Source: Sphaerodactylus townsendi
Lineage: Eukaryota
Assembly: GCF_021028975.2 (NCBI RefSeq)
Contig: NC_059429.1
Coordinates: 67,270,001-67,334,000, forward strand
Reading direction: 5' to 3'
Length of the DNA stretch: 64,000 nucleotides
Shown here: positions 25,870 through 38,638 of the stretch, one piece after another
Position numbering within the stretch: the stretch's first letter is position 1
How the letters are laid out: every line of letters starts with the position of its first letter
Notes under the pieces: generated by a model
The model's database searches: none
Seen by the model: the letters and a program-made list of their open reading frames with translations, nothing else
What the model was told of the DNA's origin: nothing
Program-made: the position numbers and the translations under genes

Positions 25870-27925
25870 GTATGTTTTACAATAATAGTTGTAGTTGTAA
25901 GTAGGCTGGCTCTGTAGAAAATACAATTGTTCTCAGTGAGACTGGCTTCTACAGAAATAGCACAAATGAAGCATACAACTCACAAGGCTAACCAACATTC
26001 TGTAATAATATTAAGTTGGTTATATAACTAAATAATAATAAACTTTGGTATACCAGAGTACTTCTGGTTGTGAATATTTGGTTGTCACCAAATACCTGTT
26101 TTCAACCTGTTTAAATGTGTAGTTCATTGATTTAATTAATTTTTTAAAGAAATGTGTTCCAAGTAAACTGCTCAGGGCAGGAAGCACAATACAAGTTCCC
26201 ACAATAGCAATTCCAAAGGTCCTCCTTGCGATGCAATGTCAGCCCAAACCACTACAAACATTAATCAGTATCTGTAAGAAAAAACAATATAGCCTGTGGG
26301 GAAAAACCTAGCATCTGCCAGGGAAGGTACAAGAAAATAAAATCATTATACCTGGTATCTGGGGGGTGGGGGAAGAGCAAGCATTTGGCACATCTGCTTG
26401 GAATGAGTGGTCCGGGTTTAGAAATGATGTAAGCTCCTAGCCTAGAACAAAGATGTCAAGTCATTCAGGACTGTTCAGTCTTATCTGTAACATGCAGATT
26501 TAAATAACTCTAACCTCTGAAATGGAAAAGACTGCCATCATCTTGACATAGAGAAGCTCCAGACATAAACTTCATTTCATCCCTCCTAGTCTTTACCACT
26601 GGCTTCCCCCAAAGTGCCAAACTGCCAATCCAAGAAGCTTCAGTATTTTATTAATTTACTCTTATCTAGGCGTATTGCTTGCATCACTCTCTTTAAAGGA
26701 GCCCTGCAGGAACTTCTCTGATTGTCTGATTCCTCCCTCCCTATGGGGTCTCTCTCTTTCTCGCCCCCTCCAAGTCAGAGGTCCTTGGAATTGCACATAC
26801 TCCCTAGCAGCTGGCAGGGCAATGCACCTGTGTGTGTATGTAAAAGCCAGGTCGACAAAAAGAAACAAACGGAGTCAGACGAATCAGAAGACCCATTCAG
26901 CCTATGTCCTTCATTCCTACTAATCCACAAAATCTAGGCCCTGGCATGTGACAAGCAGTGAGTAGGAATATTTGGTTGTCACCAAATACCAGAATATTTC
27001 TGGGTTTCCTCACAGTCCTTCAACATATATGAGGGCAGTTATGAGAGATAAAATACAATCTTTAATATATTTTTTAATTTTTAAATGTAGGTCATAGTAA
27101 ATTCAAAGGAACATGGATGGAGCCATAATTTTTTTTAAATCATTGGGCTTTACTCTGCACAGAATTGGGTTGCACAATACCATAGCAGTTCTAAGCAATT
27201 TAAAGATCTAAAGGGTGTGGAGCCTTTAATAATACTGGAATTTTGCACAAGCAGTTTTTATATTTACCTTTGAGCAGTTGAGTGTGTAAGAAGCACATAT
27301 TTAAATCCCACAATAACAGTGAAAGTTTACTTTGCTTTTGTAGTTAAGCTATAGCTTTATAGCTTATGCATGAGTGTGACTTGCTTTTAAAAGCATAGTT
27401 CTATTTAGACACAAATGCTTTTATCACAGTAAAACTTTTGGATTATTATGAATTAATCAGCTGCTAAAATTAAGTGGGGCTGTATACCTATACACATGAT
27501 TGAATTTCAAGTTGTGAGACTCACGCTCCGCCTTTCTATTTTGATGAGAGTTTTTGGTCGTTTTAAGTTTGGCATCCATTGCAGCTGGATCTGGCCTGGT
27601 GGACTTCAGATGTATGAGATTTTGGGGTGTAGTTATTTTGTGCTTGAGGTTGGATTTAATTTGATTTGAGAGACACGTCACTGTTGTAATTAACACTGAA
27701 TGTCTCAAAATGGCAATTACAGGATTTGTGTGTGCCACTGAACGCTGCTGTGTCCCAGGCCCTGGCGAAGTGGCGGGTCGGGCCTTTCTGTTACTGACAC
27801 TTTTGCTGCAAAGAGCTTTGCTTGGCCAGGCAACCTTTTGCTCGCTGCGCTCACTTCCCCTCCCCGGAAGAGACAGCCACATGCAACACCTATAAGTGCT
27901 CCCTCCGGGGGGAGACCCAGGAGCG

Positions 27926-28702
27926 ATGCCGCTGATCGTGCTATGTGGGCTGCCGGGGAGCGGCAAGAGCAGGCGAGCTGAAGAGCTGCGGGAAGCGCTG
28001 AGTGCCGAGAGCGGTGGCGAACGGCGGGTGTTCCTGGTGGCTGAAGTTGCGGCCGGGGAAGGCGGTGGCGGCGGCAGGGCTGCGTTGCGGGCGGAGGCCG
28101 AGCGGCTGCTGAGCCGACGGGACGTGGTGATCGTGGACGCGGGCAACGAGCTGAAGAGCTTCCGCTATGAGCTGTACTGCCTTAGCAAGCACACGGGGAC
28201 CCCGCATTGCCTCCTGCTGTGCCCCGGCGGCGCTCCCCGCCCCGACCGGCCTCCCTTGGAGGCGCCGGACTCGCGCAACCGCTGGGACTGGCCTCTCTTC
28301 ACCGCTCCCGAAGACCCCTCGGAGCCGCTGCCCCTGCCGGAGATCCGCGCCGCCCTCTTTGAGCGCCGCCCGCCGCCCCCCAACCAGTCCACGCGTTCCC
28401 AGCCCCTCCAAGCCGCTGGGTTTCTCCACCAGCTCGACCGCCTCACTCAGGACATGGTGGCCGCCCTCATGGCCGCGCAGAGGAATGGCGTAGGGCCCGG
28501 CCAGGTCATCCCATTGGCCGTCGAGGGCCTGGGCCAAGAACCTCCGGGGTTGCTGCTGAGCCGGGCTGTCAGCCTCGCCGAACTAAGCCGGCTCCGTAGA
28601 CAGTTCCTCAGCTATGCCAAGATGCATCCTGGAGAAGGAGAAGAAAATCTGCCCCAGCTGGGCAGCATGTTCGTACAGTACTTGAACAGCAACCTGCTGT
28701 GA
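27926..28702 (+). CDS. KTI12: KTI12 homolog (Elongator cofactor, PSTK-like P-loop ATPase), single exon, 258 aa, nested in TXNDC12 intron 2
   Basis: MPLIVLCGLPGSGKS P-loop, FRYELYC, EAPDSRNRWD.PLF, FLHQLD, ELSRLRRQF.SY.KMHP and MFVQYL motifs. The true ATG is at 27926; the ORF track starts 10 codons upstream at a non-ATG codon. Confidence 0.96.
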   Translation: MPLIVLCGLPGSGKSRRAEELREALSAESGGERRVFLVAEVAAGEGGGGGRAALRAEAERLLSRRDVVIVDAGNELKSFRYELYCLSKHTGTPHCLLLCPGGAPRPDRPPLEAPDSRNRWDWPLFTAPEDPSEPLPLPEIRAALFERRPPPPNQSTRSQPLQAAGFLHQLDRLTQDMVAALMAAQRNGVGPGQVIPLAVEGLGQEPPGLLLSRAVSLAELSRLRRQFLSYAKMHPGEGEENLPQLGSMFVQYLNSNLL

Positions 28703-29079
28703 GGAGGCATCTCCCCCCCCCAGGATCCTGGGGCCAGACCTATTCTGTTTAGCCGGCTATTTGCTTTATACACATGGAGCAACTGGGTCATTCACCAGCT
28801 TGCAACACAACCACAAGCACAAATTTGGGAACTTGGATCAGTGAATTATCAGTTTCTTCATAAACTTCATAAATTGAGAAAAATGGCAATGACTTAACAG
28901 GGTGCTGTGGCTGTCCTTTATGTATACAAGAACACTGTAGCAGAAGCTGAATACCACCAATAAATATAGCCAACAGCCTCTTTCCTTTAAACAATATATA
29001 TATTGGCTTGATTGATGTTTGTAACTGACCTGCCCTAATGTATGGTTGTGATTGAGAAGCATTTAGATGTTGACCTATT

Positions 29080-29085
29080 AATAAA
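29080..29085 (+). terminator. Candidate KTI12 polyadenylation signal
   Basis: AATAAA about 380 nt after the stop; a second one at about 29455-60. Confidence 0.45.
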
Positions 29086-30694
29086 TAGGGAGTCTGATAA
29101 ATAGCTATTCTGGTTTGAAATATGCACTGGAAGAAAACACGTCACTGTATTTTATTATGTTTATTTTCCTTATTACCCACTTTTCTCACTTAGATGCAAG
29201 GTCTTGAGCAGAGAGCAAAGTAGGAAACAGCTGCATCGACATCTGTTGAGCATCTAGAGTGGAGCAGTTACATATTCCTGAACACTTAAAAGACTTTTTA
29301 ATGGGCAAATAAGCTAGAACAAGGAAATTCCAGAATAGAATCACATGGTATTGAATCTGTTTTTCCCAAAAGGAAAACATTCCAAAATTAAAATGGATGC
29401 ACACATTCTGGAAGAAGTTTACATTTTTCCTTTAGTCAGTATTGTGGCTCATTGAATAAAACTGTTTCTAAACAGACCTGCCTTTCTTTCCAGGGTAAAC
29501 AGATTGGGCACTAATCTTAGCAGTGGGCAGTCTATGTAACTGCATTCTATGTAACTATTATAATTCCTCTGCTAGTGATGTTTTTCATCAAATCATTTTG
29601 TTAATATGTTCTCTGAGCTTTCATGAGAAAACATAAGATCAAGAAGTCTGTAAATAAGGGACATGATGAAGATACAGGAAATGGGAAGGATTAAGGGAAT
29701 TACTTTATGTATTTACACAAAAGGAAGACAATGATGACTGTGACAGTCCTCCTAAAATTTTATGTAAAAGGTTTACCATATAATTGTAATTTGTATGCTT
29801 ATTTAAGATGGACCCCTCATTTTCTTGAAGGAAATAAACTAGATTTTCATTCTGCTAAACAGGATTTTTGGTCATGAAGAAAGTTTGGAATGTAGATCTT
29901 AGTCTTCACATTTTTGTCTAGCCACTTAGAACTGCAAAAAAATTTTCTGCTAATCTCTAGTGAATTCCAATGACTGAGAAAAATTATTTCTCACACATAC
30001 ATAGCTATGCAGGCATGCATGAATGAGCCCTCACAGCCATGCTGATGTCCCACAATACCACCATCTGCACCTGTGTAGCTATGCAGTAGCAAGCTGCAAA
30101 ACAATTTTTAAATTTAATTTTTTTATTTAAATTTTTTAGCAAGCAGTTGAAACCTGGGATTTTTGAAAAGGATCGCTTGTTTCGGGATTTTCAAAAAATC
30201 CAGTTTGGGGGAAATAACACAGGACAGACTCATCTGTGCAAAGCCCCCCCTCCCAAACAGGTTTTTTAGTGACTTACATATATTGGTCTGTGTGGAAGGG
30301 GCATAGGCCTTGCAAGTTACTTGAACATCTGCAGACTGATTCATAGGATAACATTTTTAGGTATTTGGGACCTTACACTTACTTACACAGGTTTAATATA
30401 TTTATGGTAGCCCTTGCCCATTAAACCTGATTGTGTTTGCAGTATTTACTGAAAGATTCCTTCTTAACTATTGCCTGTTATAAATAAATTTACCTCATGG
30501 TAGGGAAATGTGGTGTGAAAAGGTACACATGAGGAATTATTTAATAGCAGCACAATCCAGAAAGTTAAATGTTGGAAATAGTTTGTATTTAGTATGGCTA
30601 TATGTTCAAGAAAAAGAGCCTTTCATACTTCAGCATTTTAGTAGCTTTACTATCTTTGTATTAGTCAGGAAATAAAAGAAAATAGTTTTGTTCA

Positions 30695-30910
30695 TTGCAC
30701 TTGATTTATAACACACTTTCCCCCAAGTGGAAACCCAGAGCAGCTAGCTTATGTCATTCTTCATTTTATTCTCACAATAGCCTTGCGAGGTAGGTCAGAC
30801 TGAGAGTGTGTGACTGACCCAAAGTCACCTAGAAAGCTTCTGCAGAAGAGCGAGGATTCAAGTATGGGTCTTTCCTATCCTAGTTTGACACTGACTGCTA
30901 CACCACTGGC
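30695..30910 (-). mobile_element. tRNA-derived SINE (Squam3/MIR-like)
   Basis: Same family body as 36212-36481, reverse orientation. Confidence 0.7.
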
Positions 30911-32112
30911 CCAAAACATATGATTTATTAATAACATCTCACAGAATGTTCCTGTGACAGACCCCCCCCCCTCCTTTCAACTCACTGAGGCAGGCTAACC
31001 ACTTTCTAACCAGACTTGTCATATTTCCTGCCTTTTGTCAGGAACTGAGCTGCTTCAGATAGTGCTATGTAGTGAAATGAAAGGTCTATTGCTTAGCCCT
31101 ATAACTGTTCCAAAAAGTAAAAGGTGCCTTTCTGGCACACTCCTTCTCCAGGCACAAAATAATATTGAGGCAGGTTCAACCAAAACAAAATTAAAGGGAT
31201 GGGAATATAAGAATAGATAGAAGAAATAGAAGAATAGATAGAAGAAAAACAGGCAGGATAAACACACACTTGTACACAAGAGCTATAGTTTCACAATCAG
31301 TTTTTAGTTTTAGGCACAGGCTTATTACGTTTCCGTAGTTGTTTTTTAGATGGTAGAGATTCATAAGATGTTTCAGATGTTCTGGCTTAAGGATTGTTTC
31401 ATGGGGTCCTCACACAGGCTAGTACTTTACCAAAGTACCCTCACAAACATCTTCACTGTTAGAAACAACACATAAACATAACTCTCTCTGGAAGAAAATA
31501 AAGCAAAACCTCAAATGCTTCAGCCTAACTGGTCCCAGGAATTCTTCTTACTCTCAGAAGATCTGTTCCTATCTGGGTTATTTATTTGGCCCCTGTGGTA
31601 AGCCTATCTTCTACCTCTCTGTGGCCACTCAATAAACTTCCACAAGTTCTCTCTGGATATAATTTTGCTTTCAGCTTAGGCTGACACAGTAAAACCAGTC
31701 AGATTCACACATTCTGAACTACTCAGAGAAGATATGTTTTGCGCAGTTAAATGTTTACTCACAGGCAGTTAAATGTTTACTCACAGAAATCCAGATCAAA
31801 CTCTTTCTTGTCAGATATCATCCTCCTTCTCTATGTCGTCAGGTTGTTACACAAATCAGAGTGCAACTAAAAGCATCCAATCCAGGTTGCTTCCCCTGTT
31901 CCTAGGCATTTCTTCCCCACTCTGACTTGTAAACAGACATGCACTTTACAAACTGTGTAGTCCATCACAGATGCTTTTCACTATTTATTGTAGAGATGGC
32001 ACAGGATGGCTGGAGTGTTTGGAAGAAAAATGGCTGCAACTAGCTAGGCATTAGTGAAATCACTTGACATCTATTGCTGCACACAGAGCTATCTTCAGCA
32101 TAAGGCAAAGTA

Positions 32113-32352
32113 CAGTGAAACCTCAGTTTTCGTAGATAATCCATCCGAAAACAATTGGCGAAATCCGAAACCGGCGAAAACCGAGGCAATGATTTCCATA
32201 AATAGGAAATTAGCAGCGAGGTCACGTGGCATGGCACGGAAGCAGTGAAATCCGAGGCAACCAACGAAAACTGAGACAACATTTTCACGCAAAAAATCGA
32301 CGAAGACCAAAAACGACGATAACCCACGTCAACGAAAACCGAGGTTTCACTG
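32113..32352. mobile_element. pogo/Tigger-type MITE (240 bp)
   Basis: TA TSD; TIRs CAGTGAAACCTCAGTTTTCG / CGAAAACCGAGGTTTCACTG; CpG-rich interior with repeated CGAAAAC motifs. Confidence 0.88.
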
Positions 32353-32573
32353 TATTTATGAACTGAACTAGAGGAGGAAGACACACCATGTAGATTGAAT
32401 ACTTTTGCCATTGTAGGGAGACCTAGTAGGGGCTCCTACTCCACAATTCCCATTTTGATAAGATATTTTGATAAGAGATGTAATTTCAACTTAACTGGGT
32501 TCTTACTGCTGGCCTAAAACAAATAGATAAGGTTGGAAAAAATCACATTCCAGTCTGAGATATAATTCCAAGC

Positions 32574-35500
32574 GGCCCGGCCGTCCTTCTGGTGGTCTCT
32601 GCATTTTAATTTCTGTCTCTCTGCCAGCAAAAATTCTATCAACCCCCTCCCACTTAATTCAAGCATTGCTGATTAATTGGGGCAAATCATCACTGATATT
32701 CATTAATACGTATATCCGCCCTGGTGCGAATAATAACGTTCGTGATGACCCGTGGCAGAATTTATCCTCGTTTGTTGAGGAGCTAGAACTAAAATATCCT
32801 TCAACTGAAATTACTATATTGGGGGATTTCAATGCGAGAGTGGGTAATAATCTAACCTCATATTTGGAACGTGAAGGTTATGATGATAACGATTATGTCT
32901 ATTCACTCTTACTTCCATCAGAGCGTCATTCTGAGGATACCCAGACCAATTACACTGCTAGGAATCTGATCGAATTTGCTATCAAACATAACATGTTATG
33001 GCTCAATGGTCTAAAATGCTACGACTGTTCTAATAATTTCACATTTGTTAGTACGCTGGGGAACAGTGTTATAGATTATTGTTTTATGTCACCAAAATTA
33101 AGAACTTCAGTCCAGTCTTTTAAGATAGGAGACCTTCTACTAGGAGATCACCTCTCACTTAACCTTGTTCTCCATCAGGAAGAGGGGGTGGACGTTCCTA
33201 TGGATACATCTAAAGAGTATTTACCTACGCTTTTCTGGACATCCCATTTGGCCCTTACCGCCAATGAGCTAATTAATTCTCAGCATCTAGGTAATCTCTT
33301 AAGTGCTTTTTATAAGGCAGGTTCGCCTTGTGTGGCAATTGGCAATTTTGAAACATTAATCAAGTATATCACAGACTATCTTGTAAAGTCCGTTAAGCAG
33401 AAACCTCCATTCAGCACTAGAGGTGCCCCCTGGTTTGACAAAGAGTGCCATGAATTAAACAAACTAATTCGTGCATCTTACCAACAGTTCAAGAGATTTA
33501 GAAATCCTGTGTCGCGCAATCAGCTAGTTCAATATAAAACTACTCTTCATTCTTTAATGAAAGAGAAACAGGTCCAGTATGCGCAGAATCAGTGGGATCG
33601 CTTATATCAAGCTGTAATCTCCAATGACTCAAGACAGTTTTGGGCCTTGACAAACAGACTTGACTCCAATAAAATGAGGGCGTTTTCTTCTATTCTCCCT
33701 GAGGTTTGGATAGATCATTTTGCGAAGCTGTTCCAAAAGGAAGAGACCAGTAACATTTATCATCCATCTCCATCATTAGATGATTCCAAATGGCCTCCTG
33801 TTTTAACTCAGGAAATCATGGATCTAATAACTGGGTTGAAACCCCGTAAAGCTTCTGTTGATATACTCCATTTCCCCAGAGATACTGAAGTGGCATAGAG
33901 GGTGGTGGGCACCGCTGTGGGCCCATCTATTCTCGCAGGTCAATGACTCAGGCCGCATTCCTAAGCCGGGGCTAGCGGCAGTCATTGTACCTATTTATAA
34001 AAAAGGTGACCCGCTGGATCCTGTCAACTTCCACCCAATTAATGGTTGACATCAGTCATTGGGAAAATATATGCTAAGACACTTCTGCCCAAACTACAGG
34101 CCTGGGCGATTCATCCAGAACATCATTGGCCCAGAGCAAATAGGCTGCACGAGGGGGAAATCCACGGTAGCCCATGCGTATGCTTCTTACGCATCCTGGT
34201 TAATAAATGCTCAAAGAGGAGTCCAAGAAGCAGAGCTTTATGCCTGCCTTCATGGATTTGAAGGCAGCTTTTATTTGTGACAGTCTCTAGAGAATGTCTT
34301 TGGAATAAATTGGCTATACAAGGAATAGAACCAGTAAACTTCTTTTTCTAATCAGGCAGCTTTAGATACTTAAACTGCAGAGTTGTGCTCACGTGAAAGG
34401 ATCATGACTGATTCTATTTCTACCTTTAAAGGTGTAGAGGCAAGGCTGTGTGTTAGCTTTCAACCCTTTTCAATTTATTTTTTGAGTGACCTTCCATCAG
34501 CCTTGTTAGAAATTAATAACCAATGCCCCTAAGTTAGGCTCAAGGCATATTCCAATACTTCTATATGCTTTGATGATACCATCCTTCTATCTCGCATCAA
34601 AAGTTGGACTTAATTAGGCTGCTGAATAGATGTGGGCAATTGCTGTGCGGATATGGTTAGTCATCAATTATCAAAAGACCAAGATTTTGATCTTTGCCAA
34701 ACAATACAAGAAACATAACTGAAGCGATTAATAAAGAGTGCCAGTGGGTGGAGGTTAACCAATACAAATATCTTGGAATTACATTTTCTTATAACCTCTC
34801 CTGGTGCCCACAAAAAAAAGCTGCTATTGCAGCTGCTGCCATCAGATTATTCACCCGTGCCATTGCACGCTTCTTTTATGGAAAGGGGCACTCCCTTGTC
34901 CCAGCAGCACTAAAAATCTTTAACTCTAAGATAGAAGCGCAGTTACTTTGTAAGATTACCTATCCTGGCTCCAAGCAGTTGACGACTCCTTGAATACTGT
35001 CCAATCCAAATTTTTCATTAAAATTATGGGCCTGCCAAATTATGTATTATCGCGGCCCTCTGTTTCTAGAACTGGGCCAAAATTCATTAGTTTATTGGGC
35101 TTGGATTTGCGAGGCTTTTAAATTTTGGCTTCACCTGCATTTCTAGCGCAGTGATGAGCACTTTTCGCTGACTCACCTACTTTTGTCTGATACTCCAGGC
35201 TAATCCATGGTTCTCTCTGATCGAAAGAAAGGTTGAATCACTTGGTATATCTCTAGAGCTACCGCTTTTCCCGCTATCTAGTTCCAATCCTACAACTTGT
35301 TAAAACAAAAATTGTTAGAAAGCGAATGGCGTAATTTATTTAGGGCTGCTATGAAAACTTGTTCACCCTTACATCTTTCAATACTACCCTATATATCAAA
35401 ACAGGATGGCTCCCTATTTGTATTTTTTGACTAATTCAGTGATACGCAGAGAAGAGCCCTCACACTTGCTCGCTTCGGTATTTTCCCCTCCGGCTTTATT

Positions 35501-35901
35501 GCATTAGTATAGATTTAACAACTTGGAAATTAGCGAAAGGGTATGCTCTTGTAATTTGGTTTTAACAAATTGAAACTGATGGCACATCAACTGCTTTGCT
35601 GCCCTAAATCTGCTAATATCAGATCAAAATATTCCAACATTCTTTCTAGGATACCTAGTGAAATGGAAGAATCAGGTAGACTTCCTTTTCTTCTGGACAA
35701 TTCTGACAATGCCTTATTGAATTAGTTTGCACAATTTTTACTGGAGGTGATGCACAATCAATAATTTATATTTTATCTTAAACCTTTGTATTTGTATACC
35801 TTTTATCTTAAACCTTTGTATTTGTATACCTTTTATCTCAGGTTTTTTTATTGTGTTATGATTATTGTTATGCCAAATAAAGGCTTATTATTATTATTAT
35901 T
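32574..35901 (+). mobile_element. 5'-truncated LINE (APE endonuclease + RT; RTE-X-like) in TXNDC12 intron 2
   Basis: 14-bp TSD ATATAATTCCAAGC (32560-73 / 35902-15); 410-aa ORF with GDFNARVG, SVIDY, GDH and PWFDKEC; frameshifted RT (IVPIYKKGD, YKYLGI); AATAAA + (TTA)n tail. Confidence 0.9.
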
Positions 35902-36093
35902 ATATAATTCCAAGCTAACATGCATGGTACAATGCAAGTCTGTTACGAGATTTGAAACATGATAGATGTCTTGATTTAGAAATAAAACATCAATGAGATT
36001 TTCCTTACAGAAGTCATATTTAGAAATCGCACATCAAAGTAGCTGAAATACATTAACTTTGTGTGTGTGTGTTTTCTTGGTTTTTTCTTCCAG

Positions 36094-36146
36094 TGGATTG
36101 CCTCTCATGATAATCATTCACAAATCTTGGTGTGGTGCTTGTAAAG
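36094..36146 (+). CDS. TXNDC12: TXNDC12 exon 3 ([17 protein letters not shown]), CxxC active site
   Basis: Polypyrimidine + cag acceptor, GTAAGG donor, WCGAC motif. Confidence 0.98.
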
Positions 36147-36211
36147 GTAAGGAAAACAAGCTTTTCTTCAGCTATGCGCTGTACACTTCCAGTTGAGCAG
36201 CATTGGTGTAA

Positions 36212-36481
36212 AGAGCAGCAGTGGCGTAATGGTTAAGAGCAGGAGTACTCTAATCTGGAGAAGCTGGGTTTGATTCCCCTCTCTGCTGCTTGGGCTGTGG
36301 AGGCTTATCTGGGGAATACAGATTAGCCTGTGCACTCCAACACATGCCAGCTGGATGACCTTGGGCTAGTCACAGTTCTTCTGAGCTCTCTCAGCCCCAC
36401 TACCTCACAGGGTGTTTGTTGTGAGGGGGGAAGGGCAAGGAGATTGTCAGCCCCTTTGAGTTTCCTATAGAAAAGAAAGGG
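36212..36481 (+). mobile_element. Near full-length tRNA-derived SINE (Squam3-like), running into an assembly gap
   Basis: Pol III A box GTGGCGTAATGG and B box GGGTTTGATTCCC; body TGACCTTGGGCTAGTCAC...CCTCACAGGGTGTTTGTTGTGAG. Confidence 0.8.
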
Positions 36482-36661
36482 NNNNNNNNNNNNNNNNNNN
36501 NNNNNNNNNNNNNNNNNNNNNNNNNNNNNNNNNNNNNNNNNNNNNNNNNNNNNNNNNNNNNNNNNNNNNNNNNNNNNNNNNNNNNNNNNNNNNNNNNNNN
36601 NNNNNNNNNNNNNNNNNNNNNNNNNNNNNNNNNNNNNNNNNNNNNNNNNNNNNNNNNNNNN
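36482..36661. other. Assembly gap (N run)
   Basis: 180 N. Confidence 1.
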
Positions 36662-37236
36662 TCTAAGTGGAAAATCTTAACAGGAATTTTAGTTGATGTC
36701 TAAGTTCATATTATGCTCTGGTTTCATTATTAATATTTGTTATATAACTTGGTAGTTTAACTTGATAAAGTGTCTCCCCATGCCAATACAGTAGTTATAT
36801 TAAGAACTGTCTCTTAATTCTGTGTAGTGGATTGAGATATAAAGTTTTTTTCCATTTAGCATAGACATTTTTCACTAGAAATGGTGCTCAGCACTTAACC
36901 TCGACAATACAGAGAGCATTGCCCTATTAAGTTCAAGTTACTCTTTGCTAAACAGTTTGGGAATTGCCCTTTTTGTGTGTGTGTGCTGAAAAGATTGAAA
37001 CAACTATGCTTATAGTAGTTTTGAAATCATTGTTCAGGAAATATCTAGGTTGGTTTTTCTAAAAGCTCAAAGCAGTTCACAGTTTTTTTAAAAACACACA
37101 CATCAGCATCAACTGGTACTGAAGTCAGACCTCAGATTTTATGTCAAAAATCAAAACTTGCTGTCTAATTTACAGAGATGTCCTCTGAAATTAATCAATC
37201 TTGATGTTCCAGAAAGGTGATCTTGCCTGAAATTCA

Positions 37237-37715
37237 GGCTGTTTCCGCACGGGCGGAATACAGCAACTCAGGGACGCTAAAAACAGCGTTCCTCGGCGGC
37301 AGCGGCCTCGCAACCCACGAGCAGCGCAAAGCCGCTGTTTCTGAACCTCACTTCCTGGGCGAGGTTTTACAGAAACAGTGGCTTCCAACAGCGGCTGGAA
37401 GGCACCATTCCCCCCCCCTTTCCTGAATGCCTTACCTTCCCTCCGACCTTCCGGCGCGTCGCCCAGGCCTGGGGACATGCCCCCCCCCTGCTCTGCGACT
37501 CCAGAGCTGTCGCACAGGGCAGGGGGCATGTCCGCTGGCCTGGGTGACAACATAAGGTCGGAAGAAAAACAAGAAGCGTTCAACGATAACTTTCGCTGCG
37601 CCGTCTTCCCGCCCCTACCGGGACCGATTACATTGCAAGCGGTCAGTCTCTTTGTGCATCAGCGTTGTATGCCGGCACCCAATTGTGAGGAGAATTGCGG
37701 TTAGTGGAAACGGCC
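37237..37715. mobile_element. Young PIF/Harbinger-type MITE
   Basis: 3-bp TSD TCA (37234-36 / 37716-18); TIRs GGCTGTTTCCGC / GTGGAAACGGCC; CpG-rich; internal hairpin at about 37447-37564. Confidence 0.85.
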
Positions 37716-38066
37716 TCAGATTCTGTCACACCATTACATAGAAATGGTGCCACATTGAGATGGGTACTGACTGACTGCCAAGAAGCATGTGAGAACCAAC
37801 CTACCAAGTAGAACTGACAAACAGATTTGTTGCGGAAGAGACAGTCAATCAATAATTGAATTTCTTTTAAAATTAATCAGTGACAAATAATCATGCTTGT
37901 GCCCCACGATAACAATTAGACAAGCCAGTCACAACTCATTTATGTTCTGTTGATTTCAATAGGATGAGCACAGCTAACAGTTAAAGATAATGTGTGTAGA
38001 AATTCTGTCATTCTGTCATTGCTTCCACTTTTGTCTAATTTAATGTCCATTCTCTAATCTTCTTAG

Positions 38067-38140
38067 CTTTAAAACCAAAGTTTGCTGAATCAAAGGAAAT
38101 ATCAGAGCTTGCCCATAACTTTGTGATGATCAACCTTGAG
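38067..38140 (+). CDS. TXNDC12: TXNDC12 exon 4 ([25 protein letters not shown])
   Basis: AG/GT boundaries, phase consistent. Confidence 0.97.
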
Positions 38141-38486
38141 GTAAAGTAAAATCCTTGCTGTGACACTAGAATGGAATAGTTTTCCATGTTTTATTTCCCT
38201 TTGAATAAGGTTTCTGAGATTCACAAAGTGGCAGAATGGAGATATAAAGTACTGTTTGAATTGCTTTAAAAAAACCCTGTTATTTGATCTTTTTAATTAT
38301 TTTGCACTGTTGTCAGAGTTGTGTCTGTTTTACAAAAGAACATTGGACACATATAAACAATTGCAGTAATTTGTCTTCTTTTCAAGGCATTTGAAAACTA
38401 AGCAACTAATTTTTTTTAAGGCAGGTAGTTTGAAACTTTTAACTGTATATATGTAAGCAGTGGTAATTGTCACCATTTATCTGCAG

Positions 38487-38556
38487 GATGAAGAAGAACC
38501 AAAGGATGAAGCTTTTAGTCCTGATGGTGGCTATATTCCCAGAATCCTTTTCATGG
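38487..38556 (+). CDS. TXNDC12: TXNDC12 exon 5 ([23 protein letters not shown])
   Basis: AG/GT boundaries; [11 protein letters not shown] motif of the AGR/ERp18 family. Confidence 0.98.
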
Positions 38557-38638
38557 GTAAGGCATATCAATATTATTGCTTTTTGTCTTGGGGTTCCATT
38601 GTTACCAATGCATAATTCAATTTTTCCCCATTTCACAG

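Noticed and set aside
27723-27926. In-frame TXNDC12-KTI12 fusion via cryptic acceptors at 27722 or 27758
   Set aside because: Splicing from exon 2 gives an early stop at the first site and the wrong frame at the second
27457-28537. Antisense and alternate-frame ORFs (229, 198, 108, 93 aa) overlapping KTI12
   Set aside because: Expected shadow ORFs in very GC-rich coding DNA; no recognisable motifs
32666-33898. 410-aa ORF as a host gene
   Set aside because: LINE endonuclease region within a TSD-flanked, 5'-truncated retrotransposon
36212-36290. Possible tRNA gene (A and B boxes)
   Set aside because: No full cloverleaf; continues into a SINE body found several times in the window
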